This document shows positions 10,595 through 19,858 of a stretch of 64,000 bases of DNA, piece by piece. Positions within the stretch are counted from its first letter, which is position 1. Each line of letters begins with the position of its first letter. The notes under the pieces were generated by a model. It was given only the letters and a program-made list of their open reading frames with translations. It was not told where the DNA came from and searched no databases. The stretch is taken from contig JAWKNL010000032.1 in NCBI GenBank assembly GCA_041391725.1, positions 1,550 to 65,549 of the forward strand. Direction: 5' to 3'. The position numbers and the translations under genes were made by a program. Origin of the DNA: Bacteroidia bacterium (lineage in GTDB: Bacteria > Bacteroidota > Bacteroidia > J057).

Positions 10595-12101
10595 GTGATC
10601 CCTCAAAAAGTCTATTCGTTGCGATTTCCATTACGCTGGATTTTGGTTTGCCTTCCGGTGCTTTGGGCATGTGGCCTCGGCGACTGGGTAAGTCAGCCGC
10701 CACTGGGTGTACACCAATGGCGGCAGGCCGATGGCGCTGCGATGATGTGGTTTTATTATCAGGGAAATAGCTTTTTTCAGCCTGAAATCTTCAATCTGGA
10801 AACCACTGACTACGGGTATGCGGTGGGAGAACTTCCATTTACCTACTGGATAGCCGGTAAAATTGCTGTTATCACCGGCTGGAATGTCTCCCTGTTGCGC
10901 TGGGTACACCTGGTGATTTTTCTGGCAGGCATCGGGAGCCTCGTATGGATACTGCGTCAGACACCAACCGATCACCTGTTATTAGTTTTGGTGGTAAACA
11001 TATTGGTGAGCACACCTGTAATTGCTTATTACAGCGCCAATTATCTTCCTGACAGCCCGGCACTGAGTCTGGTATTTGTTTCATGGGCATTGTTGTTTCA
11101 GGGATATAGGAGAAATCAGAACAGATGGTTATATGCAGCTGCTGTTGTCGCAGCGCTGGCCGCCTGCTTAAAACTTACCCTGGCGGTAAGTTGGGTAGCG
11201 ACGGCGCTTACATTGGCCTTAGTTCCGGGAAAATTTCAGCACATCAGCACAGCCCTCAGGCGGCATTTTTTGCTGTCAACTTTTTTCTGGGGAATATTGA
11301 TTGCGGGTTGCAGGATATGGATTATGCGGTACAATACCCAATTTGACAGCACCTATTTTCTCGCGTCCCTTCGCCCGGTATGGCAGTACAGTGTTTCAGA
11401 CATTTATAATATTCTGCTGGGTCTGAAGTACGAGTTGAAAGGCATATTATCACCCGGAACAGGCATAGGCATGGCGTGGGTAGTTTATTTGCTGGTGAAA
11501 AACCACAGGCAAATCCATTCCGGACTTTTGGTACTTATCCTGCTGCATATTGCCGGGCTAGTGACAATTGTGTTGTTGTTTTTCAGGATGTACAGGGAGC
11601 ACGACTATTACACGCTGGCACTCTGGGTGTCGCCGGTGCTGATGGTACGACGATCATGCCCGTGATGAGTCAAAGAAAAGTATCATTGGGGTGCTGGTAT
11701 TTTTGCTGATTGTCAATGTCTTGTGGACAAACCGGATATTACATTCCCGGGCAGAAGTTGCGGTTTCGCACCCATTCACTGAGGCCGTGAGGCATGGCAC
11801 AAAAGACCGGGACTGGCTTTCAGGGAATGGAATTGCGCCGGAGGCACGGCTATTTTGTCCGGAGGACCCGTCACCCAACATTCTGCTTTTTGCGCTCAAC
11901 CGGCAGGGCTGGACCGCTTACAATTTTGGCCCCCGGCCAGACAGCGCCGCGCTTGAGAGCTACCGCTCAGAGGAGCTGGAATATCTGGTACTCACAGGCT
12001 CCCGGCATTACACGGGGATATATCCTTCGCTTTTTCCCGGAGAAAGTGATGGAATCGAAGGGATTGTGATTTATGGAGGAGGCGATGGGGAGAGGAAGTA
12101 G
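10595..12101 (+). pseudogene. polytopic membrane protein interrupted by one frameshift near 11640-11690
   Basis: ORFs 10595-11665 and 11691-12101 are both hydrophobic/TM-rich. The downstream frame is already open from about 11641, so they read as one ~500-aa protein with a 1-nt shift. No family assigned. Confidence 0.45.
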
Positions 12102-12119
12102 CGATGAACTTACAGGTGG

Positions 12120-15100
12120 TTAGCCGAGTCCGGGATAGTCAATCATGCGCTTCATCAATTCAATCATGCCTATTTTATACGCTTCGTCAGTTACCCACTT
12201 TTTGTATTCTTCGACATTGGCTTTTCTTTTTGCTAAAAACACTTCGTCCATGATTTTTTTCAAAGCTATCTCGCTGTTCTGCATGTCCGAATTATTTTTC
12301 ACTTTTGATTCATAATCCTTATGCTGGGTTACATTTCTGAAAAAAGAGATTGTCCTGATTCGCGACTCTTCAGGGTTTCATCCCGAGCCTGAGTAAACCT
12401 TTCATTAAATGTCCTGATAATTTCATCCAACGGATCGACTTCTTCCTGCCGCCATGCGCACCTCTGGGGTTGGGATTTTGGGGCTTCTAATTCTGTTTTT
12501 GAATCATCTAACGCAATCGAATGGTTGAGTTTGGTGCGTTCCAATCCGTAAGTGGATAGATCCACCGATTCCAATAATTCGTCAATCAATTCATCTTCTT
12601 TCGTTTTAACAACCAGTTTTGGAATAAGGAATTTTAAAAACCAGAATAGTTTTTCCCCATTCTATTTTTTCATATTCATGATAGATGCCATTTGACCATA
12701 GATTTTTACAAATTGTTTGGCCTTAATCTTAAAGTCTGCTTTTTCATCATCTTCCAGATTTAATCATGGTTGAATCTGTTGGCTGCAACATCAATAAGAG
12801 GACTCAATAATTGCGCATCTACTCCTTCAAAGTACTTTTCTACGAAGGTTTCTACTTCCGCCCATTCGTAAACGCCCACGTCATCCAGTATTCCTTTCAG
12901 TTCATGCAATACATTGATGTCTGTTTCCCGGCTAAGGGTGGTTGATGTATAGAATGGGTCAAAGGAAGCTTATGTCTTCTACTTGATTAAAGAAGTCCAA
13001 AACGAACAGGTCTTCTGTTTTTTACCCAGTTTATCGGTTGCGCGGTTCAACCGGCTCAATGCCTGCACCGCCAATACGCCTTGCAGTTTTTTGTCCACAT
13101 ACATGGTGCAAAGTTTGGGCTGGTCAAACCCGGTCAGAGTTTGTTTGCCACCACCAATAAACGGTAATCGTCTGAATCAAATTTGTCTCTGGTGTCTTTT
13201 TCTGCGAAAAAACCGTTTAAATCTCCTTCGGTGTATTCTACGCCATCGACCGCCTTTGTCCTGAAAATGCAATGGCGATTTTAAACGGATTACCTTTATC
13301 CCTTAAAATGCTTTTGATCGCCAAATAGTAGCGAATGGCCGACTCGATGTTTTGTGTAACCACCATGCCTTTGGCTAAGCCTTTGAGTTTTTGGTAAGTT
13401 GTACACATTGCGGATAAAATGCTCCATCATGATCTCAGCTTTGGTGGCAATGGTGCGTTTATCCCGCCTTGACATAAGCCCGCAATTTTTTTCTGCGCTT
13501 TTCTGTGTCAAAAAGTGGATTGTCTTCTATGGACTTTTCTATTTCATAATAGCTTTTTTTGTAGGTGGTGTAGTTGGCCAGTACATCCAGAATAAAACCT
13601 TCTTCAATGGCCTGCTTCATGGAGTAGAGATGGAAAGGTTTGAAAGAACCGTCTTCCTTGTTTAATGCCAAAACGCCCAGGGTAGCATTTTGGGGGTGGC
13701 TGCAAATGCTAGGTAGCGAGGCATTGCCCTTCATTTTTCGGGCTTTCATGGCTTTCAGATTTTGTTTGTGCATCTTCTTCCTCTTCTTCATTTGCGTCAG
13801 GCCCATGAATTTATTCATATTGTCTGAAGCGATCCGCTTGTGAATCGTGGGTTTTCAATTTGTCAATAATTACGTAAATCGCTTATCACTTAAATCGGCA
13901 ATGCCGTCTACAATAAAAGGAAACTTTTGAATGGTGGTAATGATGATCTTCTTTTGCTGCTCCAGGCTGTCTTTTTAATTCTTTGAGGAAAAAGCCGGGG
14001 CGACAGCTATTCTTGACTTCTGAAATTCTCATCAGCTTCTCGCGTAGTTGTTTGTCCAGCAATCTTCTATCTGTTACCACAATTACCGAATCAAACAACG
14101 GATGCTGAATGCCTTTGGAAACCGGGAAGATCTTCGCTTTCGGGATAGGTTTCTATGAGTTGATAGGCCCAGGTAATAGAGTTGGATTTGCCCGAACCGG
14201 CAGAGTGCTGAATCAAATAGGTATGTCCTACTCCTTTTTGCGAAGCATGGCTCAATATTTTACGCACCACATCTATTTGCATCGGGAAAAATAAGGTGCG
14301 TTTGTTTAAGACATCTGTGGGTTTGCTGTCAAACCGCACAAAGTGCTGGATGATTAATGTGGCTTCATGGCTGAATACTTCTCTCCAAAGATAGTCTGTC
14401 TTATGACCGTGCAAGTAGCGGATTGCCTTGCTCTGTTGTGTCCCTTGCTGAATGGCAGGAAGTAGCGAGTTAGTCTCACAGTTTTGCACGAGAGTATAAT
14501 TCTTCATCTGGTATCTACGTGAAAATGCACAATTACAGCGCCCAAAATTACAATGGTTGCTGTATATTCCGGTCTTCTTTGGTATTGTTTTATGCCATGT
14601 GCCCTGGCAGTTTGCCCTGTCCATGGGTTTTTGAGTTCGAGTTGCGACGATGGCCAAACCATTGACAAATACCACCATGTCGATGCTTTCGCGGTATTTT
14701 CCTGCTGTAGCGAACCTGACGGGTGACGCTGAACTCGTTTTTCTCAAAATTGTCTTTTACCGTCTGGCTGCTGCTGGCCATGGGCAATTGGTAGAGCATG
14801 GTAAAATGGGCATCTTCGACTTCCAGTCCTTTGCGGAGGACACGGAGCACACCGTATTTTTTGACCATGCGGTCATAACGTTCCAGAATTTTGAGTTTCC
14901 AGTCGGATGATCGCTTGAGTTTTTCGAGTTCTTCTGCTTGAGTCGTTTCCAGAAAATGCCAGAAGCGCGTTTCGTCTATGGCGTATTTGGGATTGAAGTC
15001 ATTGGGATTGCCGATGTAATACCCGTTGCCCGAGCGGTAAGGTGCGACAGGCTCACCCATCGCCAGGGTTTCCGGTGTGCGGTTTAGTTCTTCCAGGCAA

Positions 15101-15162
15101 GTGCCGGTTAAGGCTTTTTCTATGGCGGCTTCGAGCGCCCGTTCATTGGTTTGAGAGGGCAT
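12120..15162 (-). pseudogene. hsdR: type I restriction enzyme R subunit, full length but broken by many frameshifts/stops
   Basis: N-terminus MPSQTNERALEAAIEKALTG. Helicase motif I QHSAGSGKSNSITW. FDSVIVVTDRRLLDKQL. C-terminal ...FVLDFFNQVEDI..., DPLDEIIRTFNERF. These pieces lie in at least 8 different frame segments over ~3.04 kb (ORFs 14590-15162, 14091-14747, 13886-14098, 13459-13818, 13296-13511, 12329-12589, 12120-12302, plus unlisted short pieces). Confidence 0.85.
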
Positions 15163-15173
15163 GGATGTATCTG

Positions 15174-16130
15174 TTAGTTTTTCATATGTTTACCAAAATA
15201 CCCAATATGTACTTTCTTCTCTGACGGATCGGGATAAAAGTGGAGCCGGAAGGCTCCGCTGAAGTTCTTGATATGAAAGCCGAAAAACTGCTTTTCTGAT
15301 CCAACTGTAAAGGTTCGCAAATTGCTCAACTTAGGATTGTTTTTCACAGTGTCCGACTCATCAGATATCGTCAATTTCGTTTCAGCCTTGAGCGATGCGA
15401 GCGAAAAATCTTGCCCTTTTTCGCAGTAGTCATTCAAGGCTGTTAATGCGCCATATAGCTGATGATAGACAGTTGTTGAGACAGACATATGCTTAAGTTG
15501 AGATTTTGTTTGTCCGCAGAATACAAGATGAGGAAATTCTGCTTCGCGATTGTCCCAAAGCTCAGATCCTTTTCTCAGGCTGTCCCGCCGCTCTTCGGTT
15601 ATTCGATCTTTAAATACTTGCCACTGAGCAGCAGAGACACAATGGTGGACATCTAAAGCCGCTTCCTGATCTCCATCTGATGTTAATTCCCTATGCCATA
15701 GAGAGATGATCGCCGGTTGCCAGCGGGTGTGGGAGTCAAAACTGAGGGCCAGCTGGCCCAGCAGACTTGCTGCGCCCAATGAGGGTACCGATACGCTCCG
15801 ATCGTCAAAGAGAACAAATTCAGACAATGAAAATCGCTCCGCAATGACGATCTCCTCCTCCGGAATTTGAGGAACAGCAGCTTTCGTGATGAAGGATTTT
15901 ACCTTTCTTTTGTACTCCAACTCCTGCTTCTCAAACCAGGTCCGAAAGGGATATTCTGGAGCGAGGGGTATTTCATACCAGCTTTGGCCAAAACTACCGG
16001 AAAGTAATATGGCTTTGAAATGGCTGTCAAATGCGCTATTGACAATGGCCAGGCATGCAGGAAATTTCTGATCCGCCTCCTGGCGATCGTGATACGGGAT
16101 AGAAGCCTCATTCAGAATCAAATATTCCAT
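15174..16130 (-). CDS. orphan 318-aa protein, third gene of the hsdS-hsdR passenger cassette
   Basis: Intact ORF. ATG lies 8 nt after the ATPase stop, and its stop lies 11 nt before the hsdR ATG. No signal peptide, TM segment or catalytic motif that I recognise. Confidence 0.7.
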   Translation of the reverse strand: MEYLILNEASIPYHDRQEADQKFPACLAIVNSAFDSHFKAILLSGSFGQSWYEIPLAPEYPFRTWFEKQELEYKRKVKSFITKAAVPQIPEEEIVIAERFSLSEFVLFDDRSVSVPSLGAASLLGQLALSFDSHTRWQPAIISLWHRELTSDGDQEAALDVHHCVSAAQWQVFKDRITEERRDSLRKGSELWDNREAEFPHLVFCGQTKSQLKHMSVSTTVYHQLYGALTALNDYCEKGQDFSLASLKAETKLTISDESDTVKNNPKLSNLRTFTVGSEKQFFGFHIKNFSGAFRLHFYPDPSEKKVHIGYFGKHMKN

Positions 16131-16138
16131 AGCAGATG

Positions 16139-17257
16139 TTATTCCAGAAGCAGATCCAATTGTTTATCCCATTCGTCAAAAAAACCATCAGGCCACTCAT
16201 CTGCCCGGCCGGTAGCATCTATATGTATAGGAATAACACGGCTCGAATGATCGGGAGATTCAGCTTCTCGCTGGAAGTAATAGACTTTTGTATCCTCGTG
16301 TGAAAGCACGCCCTGCTTGATAGCCACCCTGATACCGTTCAGGATATGATCGCTGTGCGACTCCAACATAATTTGAGTGCCAGAGGCGGCTGCCAGTGCA
16401 CAAAGACGAGCGATCCTGGCCTGGCCTGCCGGATGCAGGTGCGACTCTGGGTTTTCGATGATCAATAACCCGCCGGGAGGCATCATCAACAATGCAGTGA
16501 TGATGGGCAGTACATAGGTGAGACCAAACCCCACATTGGTCGGTTTAAAACTTTCGGTATATCCGTTCTGTAACTCAAAGCTATAGGACAGGCTGGCAAC
16601 CTCCAGTTTTTCATGATAGGTCGCATTTACTTTTACTCCCGGAGATATTTCTGATAACCAGGCACTTACATTGTCCAGGAGAGTATCAGATTTAGCATCG
16701 GGATGCTGCAAATCCGGATTTGGCAGCGGACGGTTCTGGTGCCGGGCCAGATAATGCACGGTGTATTCGCCCTCTTTGCCCAGGGACACCAAATTATCTA
16801 CATGGTAAGTCGAGGTTTTATACTGCGTTTGCGGATTAATCCGGTTAGCGCCCAGGTAGTGGGTGTTGTCTGAAAACATAAAAGCCGCACCTAAGTCAAA
16901 GTCCTCGCTCCTTTCCCGCTTCGCTAAGGGCAATACATCCTTTTCAGCCGCCTGGTGAAAAGAAACTTCGAGTGTATGTGTATAATCCCACTCCAGCTCA
17001 AATGTTAATAACGCTTCGGCCGGGGCACCTATCGAAAAAACATCCTTGCCAAGGCCCAGGCTGAGCAAGTCATCGTCTTTGAGAAACAATCCCCGCTCAA
17101 AATCGCCGTTTCGCAGCGATTGCTGAAGCAACAACAAGGGCTGAATCGCTGAAGATTTACCTACGGCATTAATACCTGTGAACAGGTTGAGACGACCCAG
17201 TGAAAAGTCACCTTCAAGGATAGACTTAAAGTTCCTGATTTTCAGATTAGTAAGCAT
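16139..17257 (-). CDS. SMC/ABC-like AAA ATPase with DUF3696-type C-terminus
   Basis: NLKIRNFKSI...LFTGINAVGKSS (Walker A), LLIIENPESHLHP (Walker B/D-loop), ESHSDHILNG, C-terminal WPDGFFDEW. Start overlaps the upstream gene by 11 nt. Confidence 0.8.
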   Translation of the reverse strand: MLTNLKIRNFKSILEGDFSLGRLNLFTGINAVGKSSAIQPLLLLQQSLRNGDFERGLFLKDDDLLSLGLGKDVFSIGAPAEALLTFELEWDYTHTLEVSFHQAAEKDVLPLAKRERSEDFDLGAAFMFSDNTHYLGANRINPQTQYKTSTYHVDNLVSLGKEGEYTVHYLARHQNRPLPNPDLQHPDAKSDTLLDNVSAWLSEISPGVKVNATYHEKLEVASLSYSFELQNGYTESFKPTNVGFGLTYVLPIITALLMMPPGGLLIIENPESHLHPAGQARIARLCALAAASGTQIMLESHSDHILNGIRVAIKQGVLSHEDTKVYYFQREAESPDHSSRVIPIHIDATGRADEWPDGFFDEWDKQLDLLLE

Positions 17258-18356
17258 GGCCTGTATATTGGGTGATCAGTTTTTGTAACTCCCGGTGGCG
17301 CAACACTACGCTTTCCACCCGGTTGGTATTGGCCGTAATCGCAGCCTCAAAGTCTGGCTTACGCATCATGCCCAGGTAGCCAGAGATAAAGGCTTCTTTT
17401 TGGGACAGCAGTCGCTCCATCCCGGCATCTGTCAGATGGGCAAGATTTACCGCAGTCGTTTCAAACAGCGAGCGGTTGATCACGGGCTTGCCTTCCGGAT
17501 GGAGCAGCGCCTTGCTAAACATGTTCTGACCGAATAGCTGGTCGGCACGAACCAAGCTCCGGTGACAGGCTGCTGCCCATGCTGAACGCTCGGCATCGGT
17601 CGCTACCTCGTTGAGGTGCTCCATTTCCTCATCCAGAAACATACGCAGCGAAGGCTGATACTCGGCAGGTCCTCGCCGGTAGAAGGCAATAAACCTCAGC
17701 AACAATTCCCGGTCCAGCATACGCTTAGGCGATACCCCCAGATACTGTCTGAACCACGGCTCTTCGGCCACCTGATTCAAAAACCGGGTGGCAGGCCCCT
17801 GGTTCAGGGCATGCCGGATCTCCTGGGCGGTCATCTTGAGGCCCGCAGTATTGATACGATAAAACAGGTTCGTAAGCACTTTTTTAGGGGTGCCCTTCCT
17901 GATTTTAAAGAGCGTTACCTGGGTCCCTTCGATGCGGCGCTGCAAGGTGCGGTCCAGGCCGTCGTATTTTTTCCCTTCCAGCTCCTTCAAAAACTCCATG
18001 TGGCTCAGTTTCAGGTTTTTGTCCACCATAAACCGTTTAAAAGTAGAGAGCCGCTGTAAGCCATCCACCACCACCCATTTGTCGTCATTGGCTACGTCCA
18101 TGTAAAAAGCGGGAAGAGGAAGCTTGATCAGGATAGACTCGATAAGCTGGCTCATGCGCGTATTGTCCCACAGATTGGTGCTGCGCTGAAACTCAGGAAA
18201 GAGGTCTATTTCACCATGTCGGATCCTGTCCACCAGCGTAGCAACAGTGGCAGGCTCGACCGTAATGTCCACCTGCTTAGGGTCAAACGGAACCTGGATG
18301 GTAAACTCTCCTTCCTGATCGTCCTCTATGTCAAGGTATAGTTCGTTTTCTTTCAT
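17247..18356 (-). CDS. DUF262 (GmrSD N-terminal / ParB-Srx fold) protein without a DUF1524/HNH half
   Basis: IDLFPEFQR, VVVDGLQRLSTF (DGQQR motif), FYRINTAGLKMTAQEIRHAL. The helical C-terminal ~170 aa has no His-Me/HNH motif. Confidence 0.8.
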   Translation of the reverse strand: MKENELYLDIEDDQEGEFTIQVPFDPKQVDITVEPATVATLVDRIRHGEIDLFPEFQRSTNLWDNTRMSQLIESILIKLPLPAFYMDVANDDKWVVVDGLQRLSTFKRFMVDKNLKLSHMEFLKELEGKKYDGLDRTLQRRIEGTQVTLFKIRKGTPKKVLTNLFYRINTAGLKMTAQEIRHALNQGPATRFLNQVAEEPWFRQYLGVSPKRMLDRELLLRFIAFYRRGPAEYQPSLRMFLDEEMEHLNEVATDAERSAWAAACHRSLVRADQLFGQNMFSKALLHPEGKPVINRSLFETTAVNLAHLTDAGMERLLSQKEAFISGYLGMMRKPDFEAAITANTNRVESVVLRHRELQKLITQYTGHAY

Positions 18357-18391
18357 GCCTTAGGGGGTACTCATCGTATAGGTAAAGATAA

Positions 18392-19765
18392 TCAAGATTG
18401 GGAAGTTTCATCCGTCACTTTTATTTTCCCCGTCACCGCACTATCGATCAGCGTGGCTTTGTATTCCTTGAGTTTTTCGATCTGGGTCTGCTGGAGGGTG
18501 ATGGCCTGGTCGATTTTGGCGGATTGGGTTTCGATGTGGGCGACGATTCCTAATTGCTCATTCTGAGGCGGAAGTACTGTTTGCAATTGTTTGAATTCAT
18601 CCCAATAAAGCCTTTTTCTAAAGTCTGTAATTCCCTTTGAATTTCTATTCATTTGCTGAATAAAAGAGTCAGTTCTATACTGATATTCAAAATATGATGC
18701 CACGATCTTTTTGTTAGGTTTTGCCACTACATAGGCAGGACTTACCATACCCTCAACACGAACCGCTCCAATTGCTCCTTGCCAGGCTCTCATCATATTA
18801 AAAACAATATCATTTATCGCTACATACTTGTAATTACTCTTGTCTTCAATCTTAATTAGCCCACGAATATTATCTTCATCAGATAATTCCTCAGAAGAAA
18901 CGGCTGAGTGAATAGAAACAGATAACAGTGGTAAATCCTCTCTGCCTGGTTCTTTTCGTTCTTTGAATAATATTCTGTTGGCTACCACCTCCCATCCCAC
19001 CGGAATCTGCCCAATCCATTCCACGCCTGAGTCTTTGAGTTTTTCTTTGGGAGTCATTGACCATTGACCATTCACCATTGACCATTTCCCCGTTACGGCA
19101 TTTTGGATGAGGATCTGTTTGCGTTCTTTGAGCAGGGCGATGAGTTTTTCTTTTTGGGTGATGGCCTGGTCTATTTTGGCGGTTTTGTCGTCGAGGAAGT
19201 TGGCGATGGCGGTTTGCTCTTCGGCATTTGGAAACCAAAAAGTAACGGTCTTTAATAATGTTTGGGTAATACTAAATACTTTAACCCCTTTAACTCGCGA
19301 TCTTATTTGATTGCGGAAACTTTGAGAAGTAATTACATAAGCTGCAAACCTTTCATTAACATGTATTTTTAATCTTGCTATTACAGTATGATAACCGGCA
19401 AATGTGCTTAGGTCACTATTCAAATAAGTGAAGTTCCCAGACCCTTCAATATCTTCAGATGTATCTGCGAAAACAAAATCTCCTTTACTAAGTAGTGAGT
19501 TCGAATCACTAAGCAAATATTCCTCGCTTACACATTTCAACTCATGAATTTCAGGATTGACTTCAAACCCAAATTTTGAATGTATTTCCCCATAATTGAC
19601 ACAATAAACGCCTTCCTCTTGTAGGTTTTCCTTCGTTATCGTTAAGCCCTTGCTGAAAGAGAAAATGTTTCTTAGGCGACTAACCTCCCAATGCTCCGGA
19701 ATCTCCCCGAGCCATTGCACGCCCGAATCTTTATATCGATCATATTTTTTAAACTGCATCATCAT
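18392..19765 (-). CDS. hsdS: type I R-M specificity subunit, two TRDs, intact
   Basis: Two half-repeats, each starting KDSGV(Q/E)W(L/I)G.IP..WEV. Conserved helical spacers (FLDDKTAKIDQAITQKEKLIALLKERKQ.. and KIDQAITLQQTQIEKLKEYK..). Start taken at the ATGATGATG cluster. Confidence 0.85.
   Translation of the reverse strand: MMMQFKKYDRYKDSGVQWLGEIPEHWEVSRLRNIFSFSKGLTITKENLQEEGVYCVNYGEIHSKFGFEVNPEIHELKCVSEEYLLSDSNSLLSKGDFVFADTSEDIEGSGNFTYLNSDLSTFAGYHTVIARLKIHVNERFAAYVITSQSFRNQIRSRVKGVKVFSITQTLLKTVTFWFPNAEEQTAIANFLDDKTAKIDQAITQKEKLIALLKERKQILIQNAVTGKWSMVNGQWSMTPKEKLKDSGVEWIGQIPVGWEVVANRILFKERKEPGREDLPLLSVSIHSAVSSEELSDEDNIRGLIKIEDKSNYKYVAINDIVFNMMRAWQGAIGAVRVEGMVSPAYVVAKPNKKIVASYFEYQYRTDSFIQQMNRNSKGITDFRKRLYWDEFKQLQTVLPPQNEQLGIVAHIETQSAKIDQAITLQQTQIEKLKEYKATLIDSAVTGKIKVTDETSQS
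19055..19089. repeat. heptanucleotide tandem repeat inside hsdS (CATTGAC x2, CATTCAC, CATTGAC, CATTTCC)
   Basis: Read directly. Encodes the GKWSMVNGQWSM linker between the central helix and TRD2. Confidence 0.9.
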
Positions 19766-19798
19766 TAGCAATTGACCATTAACAATTAACCATTAAAA
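19764..19798. repeat. heptanucleotide repeat (CATTAGC AATTGAC CATTAAC AATTAAC CATTAAA) overlapping the hsdS start
   Basis: Read directly. Same 7-nt register and family as 19055-19089 and the start of the 39173 array. Confidence 0.8.
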
Positions 19799-19858
19799 AA
19801 TCCATTCCACGCCGGAGTCTTGGTAAGCAGGATAGCTTGGGTAGTTATGCGTCGTCAT
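19793..19858 (-). pseudogene. 21-codon relic of an hsdS N-terminus (MTTHNYPSYPAYQDSGVEWIF*)
   Basis: 19799-19823 matches 19013-19037 (start of TRD2) at 23 of 25 nt. The reading frame is cut off by the heptamer array. Its ATG is embedded in the RayT 3' end. Confidence 0.55.

Noticed and set aside
12983-14910. Several 60-90-aa plus-strand ORFs inside the hsdR region
   Set aside because: They lie antisense to recognisable HsdR motif segments. They are noise ORFs in a decayed gene.
15174-16130. Assigning the orphan protein's C-terminal tail to the RelE/ParE toxin fold
   Set aside because: This rests only on a loose R.HF....I.IGY.GKH pattern seen by eye, with no catalytic residues I can align. 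It is left as unclassified.
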